A stretch of 21,352 nt of DNA from Pirellulales bacterium (GTDB lineage: Bacteria; Planctomycetota; Planctomycetia; Pirellulales; Thermoguttaceae): positions 1 to 21,352 of the forward strand of contig JAFGFF010000331.1 in NCBI GenBank assembly GCA_016931075.1, read 5' to 3'. Under the pieces are notes generated by a model, which was not told the DNA's origin, did no database searches, and worked only from the letters and a program-made list of their open reading frames with translations. This document shows, one piece after another, positions 9,278 to 17,224 of this stretch. The position numbers were made by a program, and so were the translations under genes. How positions within the stretch are numbered: the stretch's first letter is position 1; each line of letters begins with the position of its first letter.

Positions 9278-10693
9278 TCAAATCCATTGGCGGCCGTTCT
9301 CGTCTTCCATGCAATAGGCCGAGAGGACCTTGTTGATGCCCGCGGCGATGTTGCGGCAATCTTCCTCGTCATAGCCGGAATCGAGCCAAATTTGAATGTT
9401 GCGGTCGAACAGATCGTCGGCCACGGGGCAATCGCCCTGGTTGTATTCGATCCGACCGCCCTTCTCGTGGTAAGCCGGACAGGAAAACGGGCAGCCCGAC
9501 TCGGCCGGGTCCGTTTGAAGCATCACGGCGAACATGTCCTTGTAGACGTGCCAGTCGGGCGGGGCGTCCTTGCCTCGAACGGCGCACTCGGCCGGCCAGA
9601 GGAACCGGCCGATGCCGATGCCCTCGGCGTTCAGCGCCGCGGCGATCTTGCGGCCCAACTCGATCGTCTCGGGAAAGAAGCGGATCATGTATCCGGCGCC
9701 TCCGTCGGGATCGTGGATCTTTTGCGGGACGATCTCCTTGAACGTCTTCAATTTCGAGAGAATGCTGTTGCGGATCGTGTTGTATCGCGTGATCAGCGAG
9801 GGCATCTTCCGGATCTGTACGACGTTGACGGCCGCCTCCAGTTCCGACATGCGGTAGTTCGTGCCGCAGAACAGCTCGCCCTCGTATCGCGGCGGCGCGA
9901 AGCGGTCGGGCCGCGTCAGCCCGCCGCATTCGGCCAATTGGCATGCCCGCTCATAAAGCCGATTGTCGTCGGTCAGCAGCAGTCCGCCTTCGCCCCCGCC
10001 GACGATTTTGTACGCGGAAATGCTGAAACAGCCCACGTCGCCCAGCGTCCCGACGCAGCGGCCCTTGTATTTTGCGCCAGGCGCCTGGGCGCAATCCTCG
10101 ATCACTTTGAGGCTGTGCTTTCGGGCAATCTCCAGGATGGGATCCATGTCGGGGACCGCGCCCATCACGCACGTCGGCGCGACGGCGACAGTGCGAGGGG
10201 TGATGCACGCCTCGATTTTTTCAGGATCGATGCAGAGCGATTCGTCGACGTCGCAGAAGATGGGCACGCCCTTGGCCGCCACGACGGTAGCCGCGGTGGC
10301 GAAGAACCCGATGGCCGGGACAATGACCTCCCGGCCGGGCCCCACGCCCACGGCCACCATGGCGCTGTGCAGCGCGCCGGTGCCCGAACTGGTGGACAAG
10401 GCGTGCTTGCAGCCGAAGATCTCCCGCGCGGCCCGCTCGAAGGCCTCGCCCTTGCTGTGCGGCGGATGGGCGGTGAGAAAACGCGAAAGCGTGGGGCCGT
10501 CGCCCAAGTCGTCGACGGAAATCACCAGGCGGATCCGCTCCAATGTATCGTCGGAAAAACCAAACCGCTCGGCGATCGACATAAACTCCTCGACGCCGAT
10601 TTTCGGCCGCCGGGGACCGTGCTGTCGTGCAAAGGCTTTCGGGCCGCCGTCGATGGCCAGCTTGGCGTCGGAAAGAACTTGCGTGCTCCTCAC
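9278..10693 (-). CDS. DegT/DnrJ/EryC1/StrS family PLP-dependent aminotransferase (sugar aminotransferase) carrying internal insertions.
   Basis: The protein aligns to ArnB-type enzymes (PKIGVEEF...; CFSISAYKIVGGGEGG, which contains the PLP-binding lysine; NYRMSELEAAV). The start is a GTG at 10693, with AAGG 9 nt upstream. An in-frame stop lies 4 codons upstream, so the ORF cannot extend further. Confidence 0.8.
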   Translation of the reverse strand: MRSTQVLSDAKLAIDGGPKAFARQHGPRRPKIGVEEFMSIAERFGFSDDTLERIRLVISVDDLGDGPTLSRFLTAHPPHSKGEAFERAAREIFGCKHALSTSSGTGALHSAMVAVGVGPGREVIVPAIGFFATAATVVAAKGVPIFCDVDESLCIDPEKIEACITPRTVAVAPTCVMGAVPDMDPILEIARKHSLKVIEDCAQAPGAKYKGRCVGTLGDVGCFSISAYKIVGGGEGGLLLTDDNRLYERACQLAECGGLTRPDRFAPPRYEGELFCGTNYRMSELEAAVNVVQIRKMPSLITRYNTIRNSILSKLKTFKEIVPQKIHDPDGGAGYMIRFFPETIELGRKIAAALNAEGIGIGRFLWPAECAVRGKDAPPDWHVYKDMFAVMLQTDPAESGCPFSCPAYHEKGGRIEYNQGDCPVADDLFDRNIQIWLDSGYDEEDCRNIAAGINKVLSAYCMEDENGRQWI

Positions 10694-10725
10694 AATGATT
10701 ACCTTTCAAGGATGACGTGACTATT

Positions 10726-10763
10726 GGATCCTGCAATTTCAATGATCATTCGGGTGCCATGGG
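10726..10763 (-). promoter_or_regulatory. Conserved ~38 nt upstream block (copy 1), placed 33..70 nt upstream of the DegT GTG start.
   Basis: On the plus strand the block is GGATCCTGCAATTTCAATGATCATTCGGGTGCCATGGG. It is near-identical to 13829..13866, GATCCTTGCATCGTCAATCATCACTCGGGTGCCATGGG. On the minus strand the consensus is CCCATGGCACCCGA(R)TGAT(S)ATTGA..AT.GCA.GGATC. It contains a TGGCAC hexamer and the palindromes CCATGG and TGATCA. Confidence 0.45.
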
Positions 10764-10772
10764 ATTTGATAA

Positions 10773-10930
10773 AAAGAACAACTCACCGAATTGCGATCAT
10801 CGCTGTCACTGTAGGGAACGCCCTCCGTGGCGTTTCATGCACCACGATAATGGCCCATTTTCGCGGTCCGCGGAACGCCACGGAGTGCGTTCCCTACAGA
10901 ACAAAGTCGGCAGCTTATTTCTTGACAGTG
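10773..10930. repeat. Copy B of the ~158 bp long-palindromic intergenic repeat.
   Basis: It has the same organisation as copy A. The arms are GTAGGGAACGCCCTCCGTGGCGTTTC (10811..10836) and GGAACGCCACGGAGTGCGTTCCCTAC (10872..10897). It ends 2 nt from the stop codon of the gene at 10933..12579. In the minus (transcribed) sense, the hairpin base is followed by a U-rich tract (GTTGTTCTTTTTAT). Confidence 0.6.
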
Positions 10931-10932
10931 CC

Positions 10933-12579
10933 TTACCAGAGATAGAGAACAAGAAACACATAGAACAAAACAAACACCGTCCACCAGAATGGCACGGACG
11001 CGAAAAACTTCCGTTTCGGTTCTCCCGGCGGAAGCCAAAGGTATTTCCAGTGCCACTGGTACGCGACCGTTTCCTCGGCCGGGCGGGGCGTCGTCGCCAG
11101 GCTGATGATCACGAACAGAATCGCGCAGAAAAATTGACAAATCCCGGCTTCGATGAACTGGTTGTTCAAATTGTATTGGGCGATCGTGGGTTCGGAACAA
11201 ATCATGGGAATGGTCCAGTGGATGACCAGCCCCAGAGGGATTCCGCCAAGCATGACGGCCAACGCGGCCGCCGGAGTCGCGCGGCGCCAAAACAGTCCGA
11301 ACAGATAGACGGTGGCCACCGGCACGGCGACGTAAGCGGCGAACGTTTGAAAGTATTTGAAGATGCCCCCAAGATGCTCGATCAGCGGCGAATACAACAC
11401 GCCGAAGAGCATCAGCACCACGGTGGCCGCGACGCCCACCTGGACCAACTCCTTCTCACTGGCCTTGGGCCGGATCCACTTCTTATAGACATCCAGTGTA
11501 AAGAGCGTGGATATCGAGTTCAACAAGGCGGAAATCGTGGACATCACCGAGGAGAGAATCCCGACGACCATCAGGCCGATGAAACCCGGGCGGATGAGGT
11601 TGTTGACCAGGTTCGGCAAGACGGAATCCAAGTCCATCTTCGAGCCGGAAACTCCCTCGGTCACGCCAACCGCGAATTGCGCGTGGCCGGTCATGGCCAA
11701 CGCCCGGGCCATCATGCCCGGAAACACCTCCACGAAGGGACGGAAAAAGACGGCGAATCCCGCGAGGATAATCGCCATGCGAACGTCCCATTCCGTCCGT
11801 CCACCGAAACCTCGCTGGACCAACGCCTGATTGATGCAGCAGTAGAAAAGCTGAAGATTCAGCACGGTGAGCACGAACGCGTGCCAGGGTATTTCCGGAT
11901 AGTCGGTCGGCTTGAACAGGTGGAAACCGCACGGCGCATGGTCCACCACGTCGCTCCAACCGTTGGGCAGCTTGAGATAGGCCAGCACGAACAGCAGCAG
12001 GCCGGCTCCGAAAATCAGGACGAATTGCAGGACCGACGCGTAGACCATCGAGGACATCCCGCCGTAGACGACCACCAGGCCGGAGATGATCGCCAGGACG
12101 ATCAGCCAGAAGAACAGGCTGCCGCCGAGAATGACTTCGAGGAACTTGGCGCCCCCGTAGAACACGACGGCCAGGTTCACGAAAATGTAGCTGGCCAACA
12201 GGATCAGGGAGAACACGTTCTCGCTTCGATGGTCGAATCGCAGGCCCAAATAATGCGGCACCGTGACGATGTTGTTGCGGAGATAGACGGGGAAGAAGAT
12301 GAAGATGAGCGCGGAGTAGACGAAAAGGACCGTGGTATAGAGCCAATTGACCAGCGGGAGCCCGACGGTGTAGGCCACGCCGTTCATGCCCACCAGTTGC
12401 TCCGTGTTCATGCCGGCGGTCACGTAGGCGGCGCCCATGACCCACCAGGGAAGCGTCTTTTGGGCAAAGAAATAAGAACCGGTGCTCGCTTGTTTCCCCC
12501 GGCCTTTCCACCAGGCCAGAAGCAGCGTCAGCGCGAAGTAGCCGACGATGATACTCCAATCGAGCCCGTTCACTCTCAT
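10933..12579 (-). CDS. Sodium:solute symporter family (SSF/SLC5-like) transporter.
   Basis: The 548 aa protein is polytopic and hydrophobic throughout. The N-terminal region (MRVNGLDWSIIVGYFALTLLLAWW...YFFAQKTLPWWVMGAAYVTAGMNTEQLVGMNG) is typical of this family. The start is the ATG at 12579, with GGAG upstream. Confidence 0.8.
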   Translation of the reverse strand: MRVNGLDWSIIVGYFALTLLLAWWKGRGKQASTGSYFFAQKTLPWWVMGAAYVTAGMNTEQLVGMNGVAYTVGLPLVNWLYTTVLFVYSALIFIFFPVYLRNNIVTVPHYLGLRFDHRSENVFSLILLASYIFVNLAVVFYGGAKFLEVILGGSLFFWLIVLAIISGLVVVYGGMSSMVYASVLQFVLIFGAGLLLFVLAYLKLPNGWSDVVDHAPCGFHLFKPTDYPEIPWHAFVLTVLNLQLFYCCINQALVQRGFGGRTEWDVRMAIILAGFAVFFRPFVEVFPGMMARALAMTGHAQFAVGVTEGVSGSKMDLDSVLPNLVNNLIRPGFIGLMVVGILSSVMSTISALLNSISTLFTLDVYKKWIRPKASEKELVQVGVAATVVLMLFGVLYSPLIEHLGGIFKYFQTFAAYVAVPVATVYLFGLFWRRATPAAALAVMLGGIPLGLVIHWTIPMICSEPTIAQYNLNNQFIEAGICQFFCAILFVIISLATTPRPAEETVAYQWHWKYLWLPPGEPKRKFFASVPFWWTVFVLFYVFLVLYLW

Positions 12580-12624
12580 GCTAGGGTCTCCGGCCCATCC
12601 ATTATTTCGGTTCGAAGCTGCATG

Positions 12625-13821
12625 TCATTGGTAGGAGCCGAACTCGCGTCCCGCCTCGGCGAAGGCCTTGATGTTTTCGTAGGGAGTGCCGTCGAAGAAA
12701 AAGTCGGTCGTCGAGAGAATGAAATGACCCCGCTCCTTGGCTTTCAGAACCACCTGTTTCACCCGCTCGCGAACTTCCGCCGGCGACGCCTTGACGAGGA
12801 ACTCCACCTGGTCGATGTTGCCCCGAAGCGCCATGTCGGGACGGATCACGCGCAGGGCTTCGTCCAATTCCACGTCGCCAAACGGCGGCGGAGTCAGGTA
12901 GCCCCAGCAGTGGATCGGCAGTTCGTTGTACAAGTGCATCACGGTCCGCGCCGTGCCGCAGTTGTGCAACAGCACATAAGCCCCCGCGTCGCGCAGGGCC
13001 TGCACAAGGCGTTTTTCATACTCCAGGACGCATTTCCGATAGAAGTCGGGCCCGACGTTGCTGCCGCAGTAATGCCCGCCGATTTCGATCAGGTCCGTGC
13101 CGGCTTCGACCATCTTTTTCGCCCGACAAATCAACCGGGGCAGGAAGAACTCCACCATCTCGCGGTAGAATCCTTCGTCGGTCAACGGATCCATGAGGAC
13201 CTGCTCGACCTTGCGAAACATGCCCAGGATGTTGAACGCCCCGTTGGTGCAATTGTCGACCAGTCCCTTGTCGCCCACGGCCCGCCGAGCCCGGGTGATC
13301 AGGCTGCAATCCATTTTATCAGCCGGCGGAGCATAGTCGCGCAGCAGTTCGAAATCCCGCCGTGTTTTGACGAGGTGTTCGTCGATGTTCTGCACGATCA
13401 GATACGTGGAAGTGCGCTTGTAGCTCTCCACCTGACGCAGGATTCCGCCCGGCGTGTGAATGGTGATCGTCCGACGCCGCTGGTCGTCGTCTCCTTCGTC
13501 GGTCCACGTGACGTCCCAGTTCTCGTCCGACTCCAAAATGCTCCGGTCGCGGAGGCTGCTGTGGACGTACATGTCCCAGACGCCCCCCGGCACGTGCAGC
13601 ACGTCAAATCCAAAATGGTCGCAATACTCGACGAATTTTTCGATCGGGTCGAAATCCGGCGGATCATAGAAATGATCGATCGACGGCCGATAGCCGAACA
13701 TCTCGTACACCGCGTTGTAATAGACGAACGGGGCCACCGGCATCCGATCCACCGGCTCGCCGCGCAGCGTCCGCAACAACCGCTCTCGGCCGGTGAGTGT
13801 CTTTTTTTCGGTTCCCGCCAT
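12625..13821 (-). CDS. Uroporphyrinogen-decarboxylase (URO-D)-like family protein (MtaA/CmuA-like fold, non-heme paralogue).
   Basis: It has the family-typical N-terminus GRERLLRTLRGEPVDRMPV and the C-terminal pattern GGHYCGSN...ILSTTDF. The likely start is the ATG at 13821 (MAGTEKK), with AGGA 9 nt upstream. The six-frame ORF begins at a TTG at 13845. Confidence 0.75.
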   Translation of the reverse strand: MAGTEKKTLTGRERLLRTLRGEPVDRMPVAPFVYYNAVYEMFGYRPSIDHFYDPPDFDPIEKFVEYCDHFGFDVLHVPGGVWDMYVHSSLRDRSILESDENWDVTWTDEGDDDQRRRTITIHTPGGILRQVESYKRTSTYLIVQNIDEHLVKTRRDFELLRDYAPPADKMDCSLITRARRAVGDKGLVDNCTNGAFNILGMFRKVEQVLMDPLTDEGFYREMVEFFLPRLICRAKKMVEAGTDLIEIGGHYCGSNVGPDFYRKCVLEYEKRLVQALRDAGAYVLLHNCGTARTVMHLYNELPIHCWGYLTPPPFGDVELDEALRVIRPDMALRGNIDQVEFLVKASPAEVRERVKQVVLKAKERGHFILSTTDFFFDGTPYENIKAFAEAGREFGSYQ

Positions 13822-13828
13822 GCCTAAA

Positions 13829-13866
13829 GATCCTTGCATCGTCAATCATCACTCGGGTGCCATGGG
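13829..13866 (-). promoter_or_regulatory. Conserved ~38 nt upstream block (copy 2), placed 8..45 nt upstream of the URO-D-like start. Its distal 14 nt form the outer part of the 72 bp palindrome's arm.
   Basis: See copy 1. The two genes are unrelated in sequence. Their coding regions and the rest of their 5' flanks do not align. Confidence 0.45.
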
Positions 13867-13924
13867 CGGCTTGTCCGCCCTTGCCGGGGATTACAAGGGC
13901 GGACAAGCCGCCCATGGCACCCGA
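13853..13924. repeat. Perfect 72 bp palindrome with 30 bp arms and a 12 nt spacer, lying between two genes.
   Basis: The left arm TCGGGTGCCATGGGCGGCTTGTCCGCCCTT (13853..13882) is the exact reverse complement of the right arm AAGGGCGGACAAGCCGCCCATGGCACCCGA (13895..13924). It lies 21 nt downstream of the stop at 13946 and 32 nt upstream of the start at 13821. No U-tract follows it. Confidence 0.7.
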
Positions 13925-13945
13925 TCATATGTAATTCTGCATCCA

Positions 13946-16900
13946 TTAATACTCGACACGCAGCGTCACCGGCTGCTTGGTCGGAGGGATCCGCACGCAT
14001 TCCTTTCGGGCGTCGAAGTCCGAATGCGGTTTGCCGTTGACGGTGACGGCACGCATCGTTTTGCCCTCCGGATGACGAATGCGGATCACGATGCTTTTGG
14101 GCCGCTCACGCGTCGGCGGCTGAATCTCCGCGTCGATATGCCCGGCGGCCGCCGACGAAGAAATCGTGTAGCTCACCTTGCCGAATCGGGTGGGCGCGTT
14201 GTGGACGGACACCTTCATGCCGTCTTTGAGCCACTGGTTGGTGACCATCGGCGCGAGCCACAGCTCGCCATCGCGATCCATCGCGAGCATGACCGCGGTC
14301 TGGGCCAGGAACCAGCCCGTCTCGTGGGTCTTGTTCCACACGCAAATTCCGTGAGGGCACTCCCAAAACGCGTGAATCTCGTTATCCAGAGACGAACAGA
14401 GCGTGTTGAAGTAGGATCGCACGAACGGCTTGACGTCGTCGCGCATCGCGTAAAGTTCCGCGTTGCGCGCGTAATACGGCTGGTTCTTGGCGAATCCGCC
14501 GAGGTTGAAAACGTCCTTGTGAATCCGGGCTTCGCAGTAGTCGTCGTCCTGCTCCCAACCTTGTCGCAGGAATTGAAAATCCTCGAGATAGTCCAACATC
14601 CGATCGGTCTCGGCCGAGCGCGGGTTGATCAGCCCGGTGGCGGCCAGGTGGTGGGCCCCCAGCTCGACGCTGTAGATCCAGGTTCGCTTCGAATCCTCGG
14701 CGGGCGAGATCATGTCGTCGACGTTGCCGAACGTGTCGACCATCGCCGGATGATTCGGCGCCCAAGTGCCGTTGCCCAGCGGAACCACCGGCGAGCGCGC
14801 TTGCATCCACCGGTAGGACCGCAGCACGTCCTCGCGGTATTGTCGGGCGTCGGCCAGCAGCGCGGGGCTGTCGGGATGCCCGATCTGAGCCAGGGCCTTG
14901 GCGGCGGCCTCCAGGCCGTGGCAATACTGGGCGTCGTTGAAGTAACGGTAGGCGAACCGTCGCCAGTCGGCCGAAACGCCGGGCGGCATCAGGCCATATT
15001 CAGGCACTTTTTCGCCACGCGCGTCGAGTTTCTTGGTTTTTTTTCGCTGGGCGACGATCCACTTGCACATCCGGACCAGTCGCGGCGCGACCTTCTCGAG
15101 CCACGCACGATCGCCGGTCCGCTCGAAATGCTCGGCCGCCGTCCAAAGGTTCTCGCCCGTGCCTACCAACACGTAACCGGTGGTAAGGTATCCCTCGGGT
15201 TGCGTGCGAAGGGCATAGAAATTCATGCCACGACGCAGGAACTCATGGTTGCCCATCATATCCATGCCGCGAATGACCGCGTGGCCCTCGCTGTCGATAG
15301 CGAAGGGGTAGTTGACCGATCCGATCCACGGGACGATCACCTCGCCCCGCTTCTCGCACCGCGCGGCCAACCAGCAATGCACCTGCGAGGCCCGAATAAT
15401 ATCGTTCAACAAGGCGTCGGGCGTGTCGACCCACATGGCGGGGGCCATGAGCCGCTTCCAATAATCCTCGGTTTTTCGGGCCCAGTCGGTCTTGGTCTTG
15501 AGCGGGCCAAGGTTTTTGGCCGTGTCCTTCCAGGCAGGCAAGAACACGGTGCAATGGGCCTTGCCGCCTGGCGGAAGGCTGCCGGCCAGACGGATCCGCC
15601 CGTCGGCCACTTTGACTCCCAGCGGCTTCGCGCCGTTCAACTGGGCCACCGCCAGCACTTGTCCTCGGGCGATCGCCGTCACGCGTCCGCCGGCCTTGGT
15701 GAGTTTGGCGTATTGCTTCTTCTTCGCGTTGGTGAAGAAGGCCAAGTCCAGCGAAGCGTCGGCGTTCTTCGCCCGCGAGTTCGAGATCGTGTATTCGATC
15801 ACGCACACGGCCCGATCGCGATACCAGTCGGGCGAGCCGGCTGGCGGCGCGTCGTCCACCGGCGCGACGTAGGTCCGCTGCCGATATTCGACGCCCGCCT
15901 CGTGGATGGTCGTCACCGGCATCGGCAGCCAACCGCCGTCGAGACGCCGAGTGATCTTCTCGAAATCACGAATCCCTTTTCCACCGACCGCGAATCGCGG
16001 CTGCACCTGATAGTACGGAAGCGTGGCCGGATCGGCCCCCGGCGGGCGGACTCCCATGGCCATGTAGCGTCCGTCGGGCGCGTTGCACGGGAGAAAACTG
16101 ACGCTCCCGTCCCGGTGGACGACAAACTTCCGGTTGTCGGCGGCCAGGCTCAACATGATAGGATCGGAATTTTGCAGCGGAATGTGGTTCTTGGCCATCG
16201 CCTGGGCGAGCGTCTGGTCGGGTCGCTCGCGGACGGTTTCAAGCACCGTCTTCCGTTCGGCGATCCGCTGCCGGTATTGTTCCAGCGTGATCGGTGACGA
16301 AGCAATAGAGACGAACAGCCCGGCGCTAGGAACGTAGACTCGCTCGTGGGCGACGACGTCTTCCACGGCGACGCTGACAGGCTGTCCGGCCAGTTCGAAC
16401 CGTAAGAGGGTCCGGTCGGACTTGCCGTATTCGGCTTGCGGTTTGCTGTAGCGGACTCGCAGCTCGAGCAGGCGGGAAGTGTCCCATGAGCAGGCGTAGG
16501 GACCGTCCTGGCCGGCTGGCTCCAACAAACGGCCGTTGGTCACCACGATCCTTGCCGGCTTCCCGGCCGCCGGTTGTTGCCGTTCCACTCGCACCTCGGC
16601 GGTGGTCCACGACGATCGGCTGAAGGCGGAAATCTTCTTGAGCTTAACCGGTTGCTCCGACGGTGCGAACTCCCAACGCACGCGATACGTGCCCGCGGGC
16701 TGGTCCTTGTCGGCGATTCGCCAACTCCAGACACGCGGCGACTTTTCGAGCTTGGCGACCAGCGGTTTCCACTCGCCCTGCCATGGCGACATGCCAACCC
16801 AGTATTGCAGTTGCACGGCGTTGCTTGAGGGAATGTACGTGGGATCGGCCCAGTGCAACTCCAGACGCCCTAGAAACCGCATTTCATGCCACCGCAGACC

Positions 16901-17224
16901 AATGCAGCCGGAGCCCTTGGCCGTGACCGGCGCGGTGTGGATTCCCTCGGAATCGGGCAGAAGATCGGTTTCCAAGAAGACGTCCTTCGCCGGCAGTTCC
17001 TTGACATGGCTGGCGGTTGTGCCTTTCATGCGATTTGGGTCGGAGGTCACCACCCGGGCGAAGGCGCCGATGTCCACCTGTGCGGCAGCAGATGCCTCGC
17101 GCACCGAGTCGGCAGCACTTGCCCGTGACGGTTCGGCCGCTTGAGTGCCGACGCCGGCGGACAAATACCACGCCGTAAGAGCAATGAAACAACACGTCAA
17201 GCGACAAGAACGACGGACGATCAT
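13946..17224 (-). CDS. Large secreted protein (1,092 aa) that may be a glycoside hydrolase with a C-terminal (alpha/alpha)6-barrel-like region. The family is not assigned.
   Basis: A signal peptide MIVRRSCRLTCCFIALTAWYLSAGVGTQA begins at the ATG at 17224. The six-frame ORF starts at a TTG at 17302. The sequence composition looks like a real protein and not an artefact. The C-terminal half is rich in W/Y/D/E motifs, as in six-hairpin glycosidases. Its position in a sugar-utilisation locus supports a carbohydrate-active role. The exact family cannot be determined without a search. Confidence 0.6.
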   Translation of the reverse strand: MIVRRSCRLTCCFIALTAWYLSAGVGTQAAEPSRASAADSVREASAAAQVDIGAFARVVTSDPNRMKGTTASHVKELPAKDVFLETDLLPDSEGIHTAPVTAKGSGCIGLRWHEMRFLGRLELHWADPTYIPSSNAVQLQYWVGMSPWQGEWKPLVAKLEKSPRVWSWRIADKDQPAGTYRVRWEFAPSEQPVKLKKISAFSRSSWTTAEVRVERQQPAAGKPARIVVTNGRLLEPAGQDGPYACSWDTSRLLELRVRYSKPQAEYGKSDRTLLRFELAGQPVSVAVEDVVAHERVYVPSAGLFVSIASSPITLEQYRQRIAERKTVLETVRERPDQTLAQAMAKNHIPLQNSDPIMLSLAADNRKFVVHRDGSVSFLPCNAPDGRYMAMGVRPPGADPATLPYYQVQPRFAVGGKGIRDFEKITRRLDGGWLPMPVTTIHEAGVEYRQRTYVAPVDDAPPAGSPDWYRDRAVCVIEYTISNSRAKNADASLDLAFFTNAKKKQYAKLTKAGGRVTAIARGQVLAVAQLNGAKPLGVKVADGRIRLAGSLPPGGKAHCTVFLPAWKDTAKNLGPLKTKTDWARKTEDYWKRLMAPAMWVDTPDALLNDIIRASQVHCWLAARCEKRGEVIVPWIGSVNYPFAIDSEGHAVIRGMDMMGNHEFLRRGMNFYALRTQPEGYLTTGYVLVGTGENLWTAAEHFERTGDRAWLEKVAPRLVRMCKWIVAQRKKTKKLDARGEKVPEYGLMPPGVSADWRRFAYRYFNDAQYCHGLEAAAKALAQIGHPDSPALLADARQYREDVLRSYRWMQARSPVVPLGNGTWAPNHPAMVDTFGNVDDMISPAEDSKRTWIYSVELGAHHLAATGLINPRSAETDRMLDYLEDFQFLRQGWEQDDDYCEARIHKDVFNLGGFAKNQPYYARNAELYAMRDDVKPFVRSYFNTLCSSLDNEIHAFWECPHGICVWNKTHETGWFLAQTAVMLAMDRDGELWLAPMVTNQWLKDGMKVSVHNAPTRFGKVSYTISSSAAAGHIDAEIQPPTRERPKSIVIRIRHPEGKTMRAVTVNGKPHSDFDARKECVRIPPTKQPVTLRVEY

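Noticed and set aside
10726-13866. A sigma-54 promoter reading of the shared TGGCAC-containing block.
   Set aside because: At neither site does a GC dinucleotide (TTGC) lie 10 nt downstream of the GG. The spacing and the -12 element fail the TGGCAC-N5-TTGC rule.
6662-16297. Long plus-strand ORFs in the six-frame track: 6662..8239 (525 aa), 8960..10720 (586 aa), 10717..13827 (1,036 aa) and 13793..16297 (834 aa).
   Set aside because: They all run antisense to well-supported minus-strand genes. Their translations are low-complexity, R/G/H/D/Q-rich strings with no recognisable domains and no signal or transmembrane logic. This is the usual product of a stop-poor antisense frame in >60% GC DNA.
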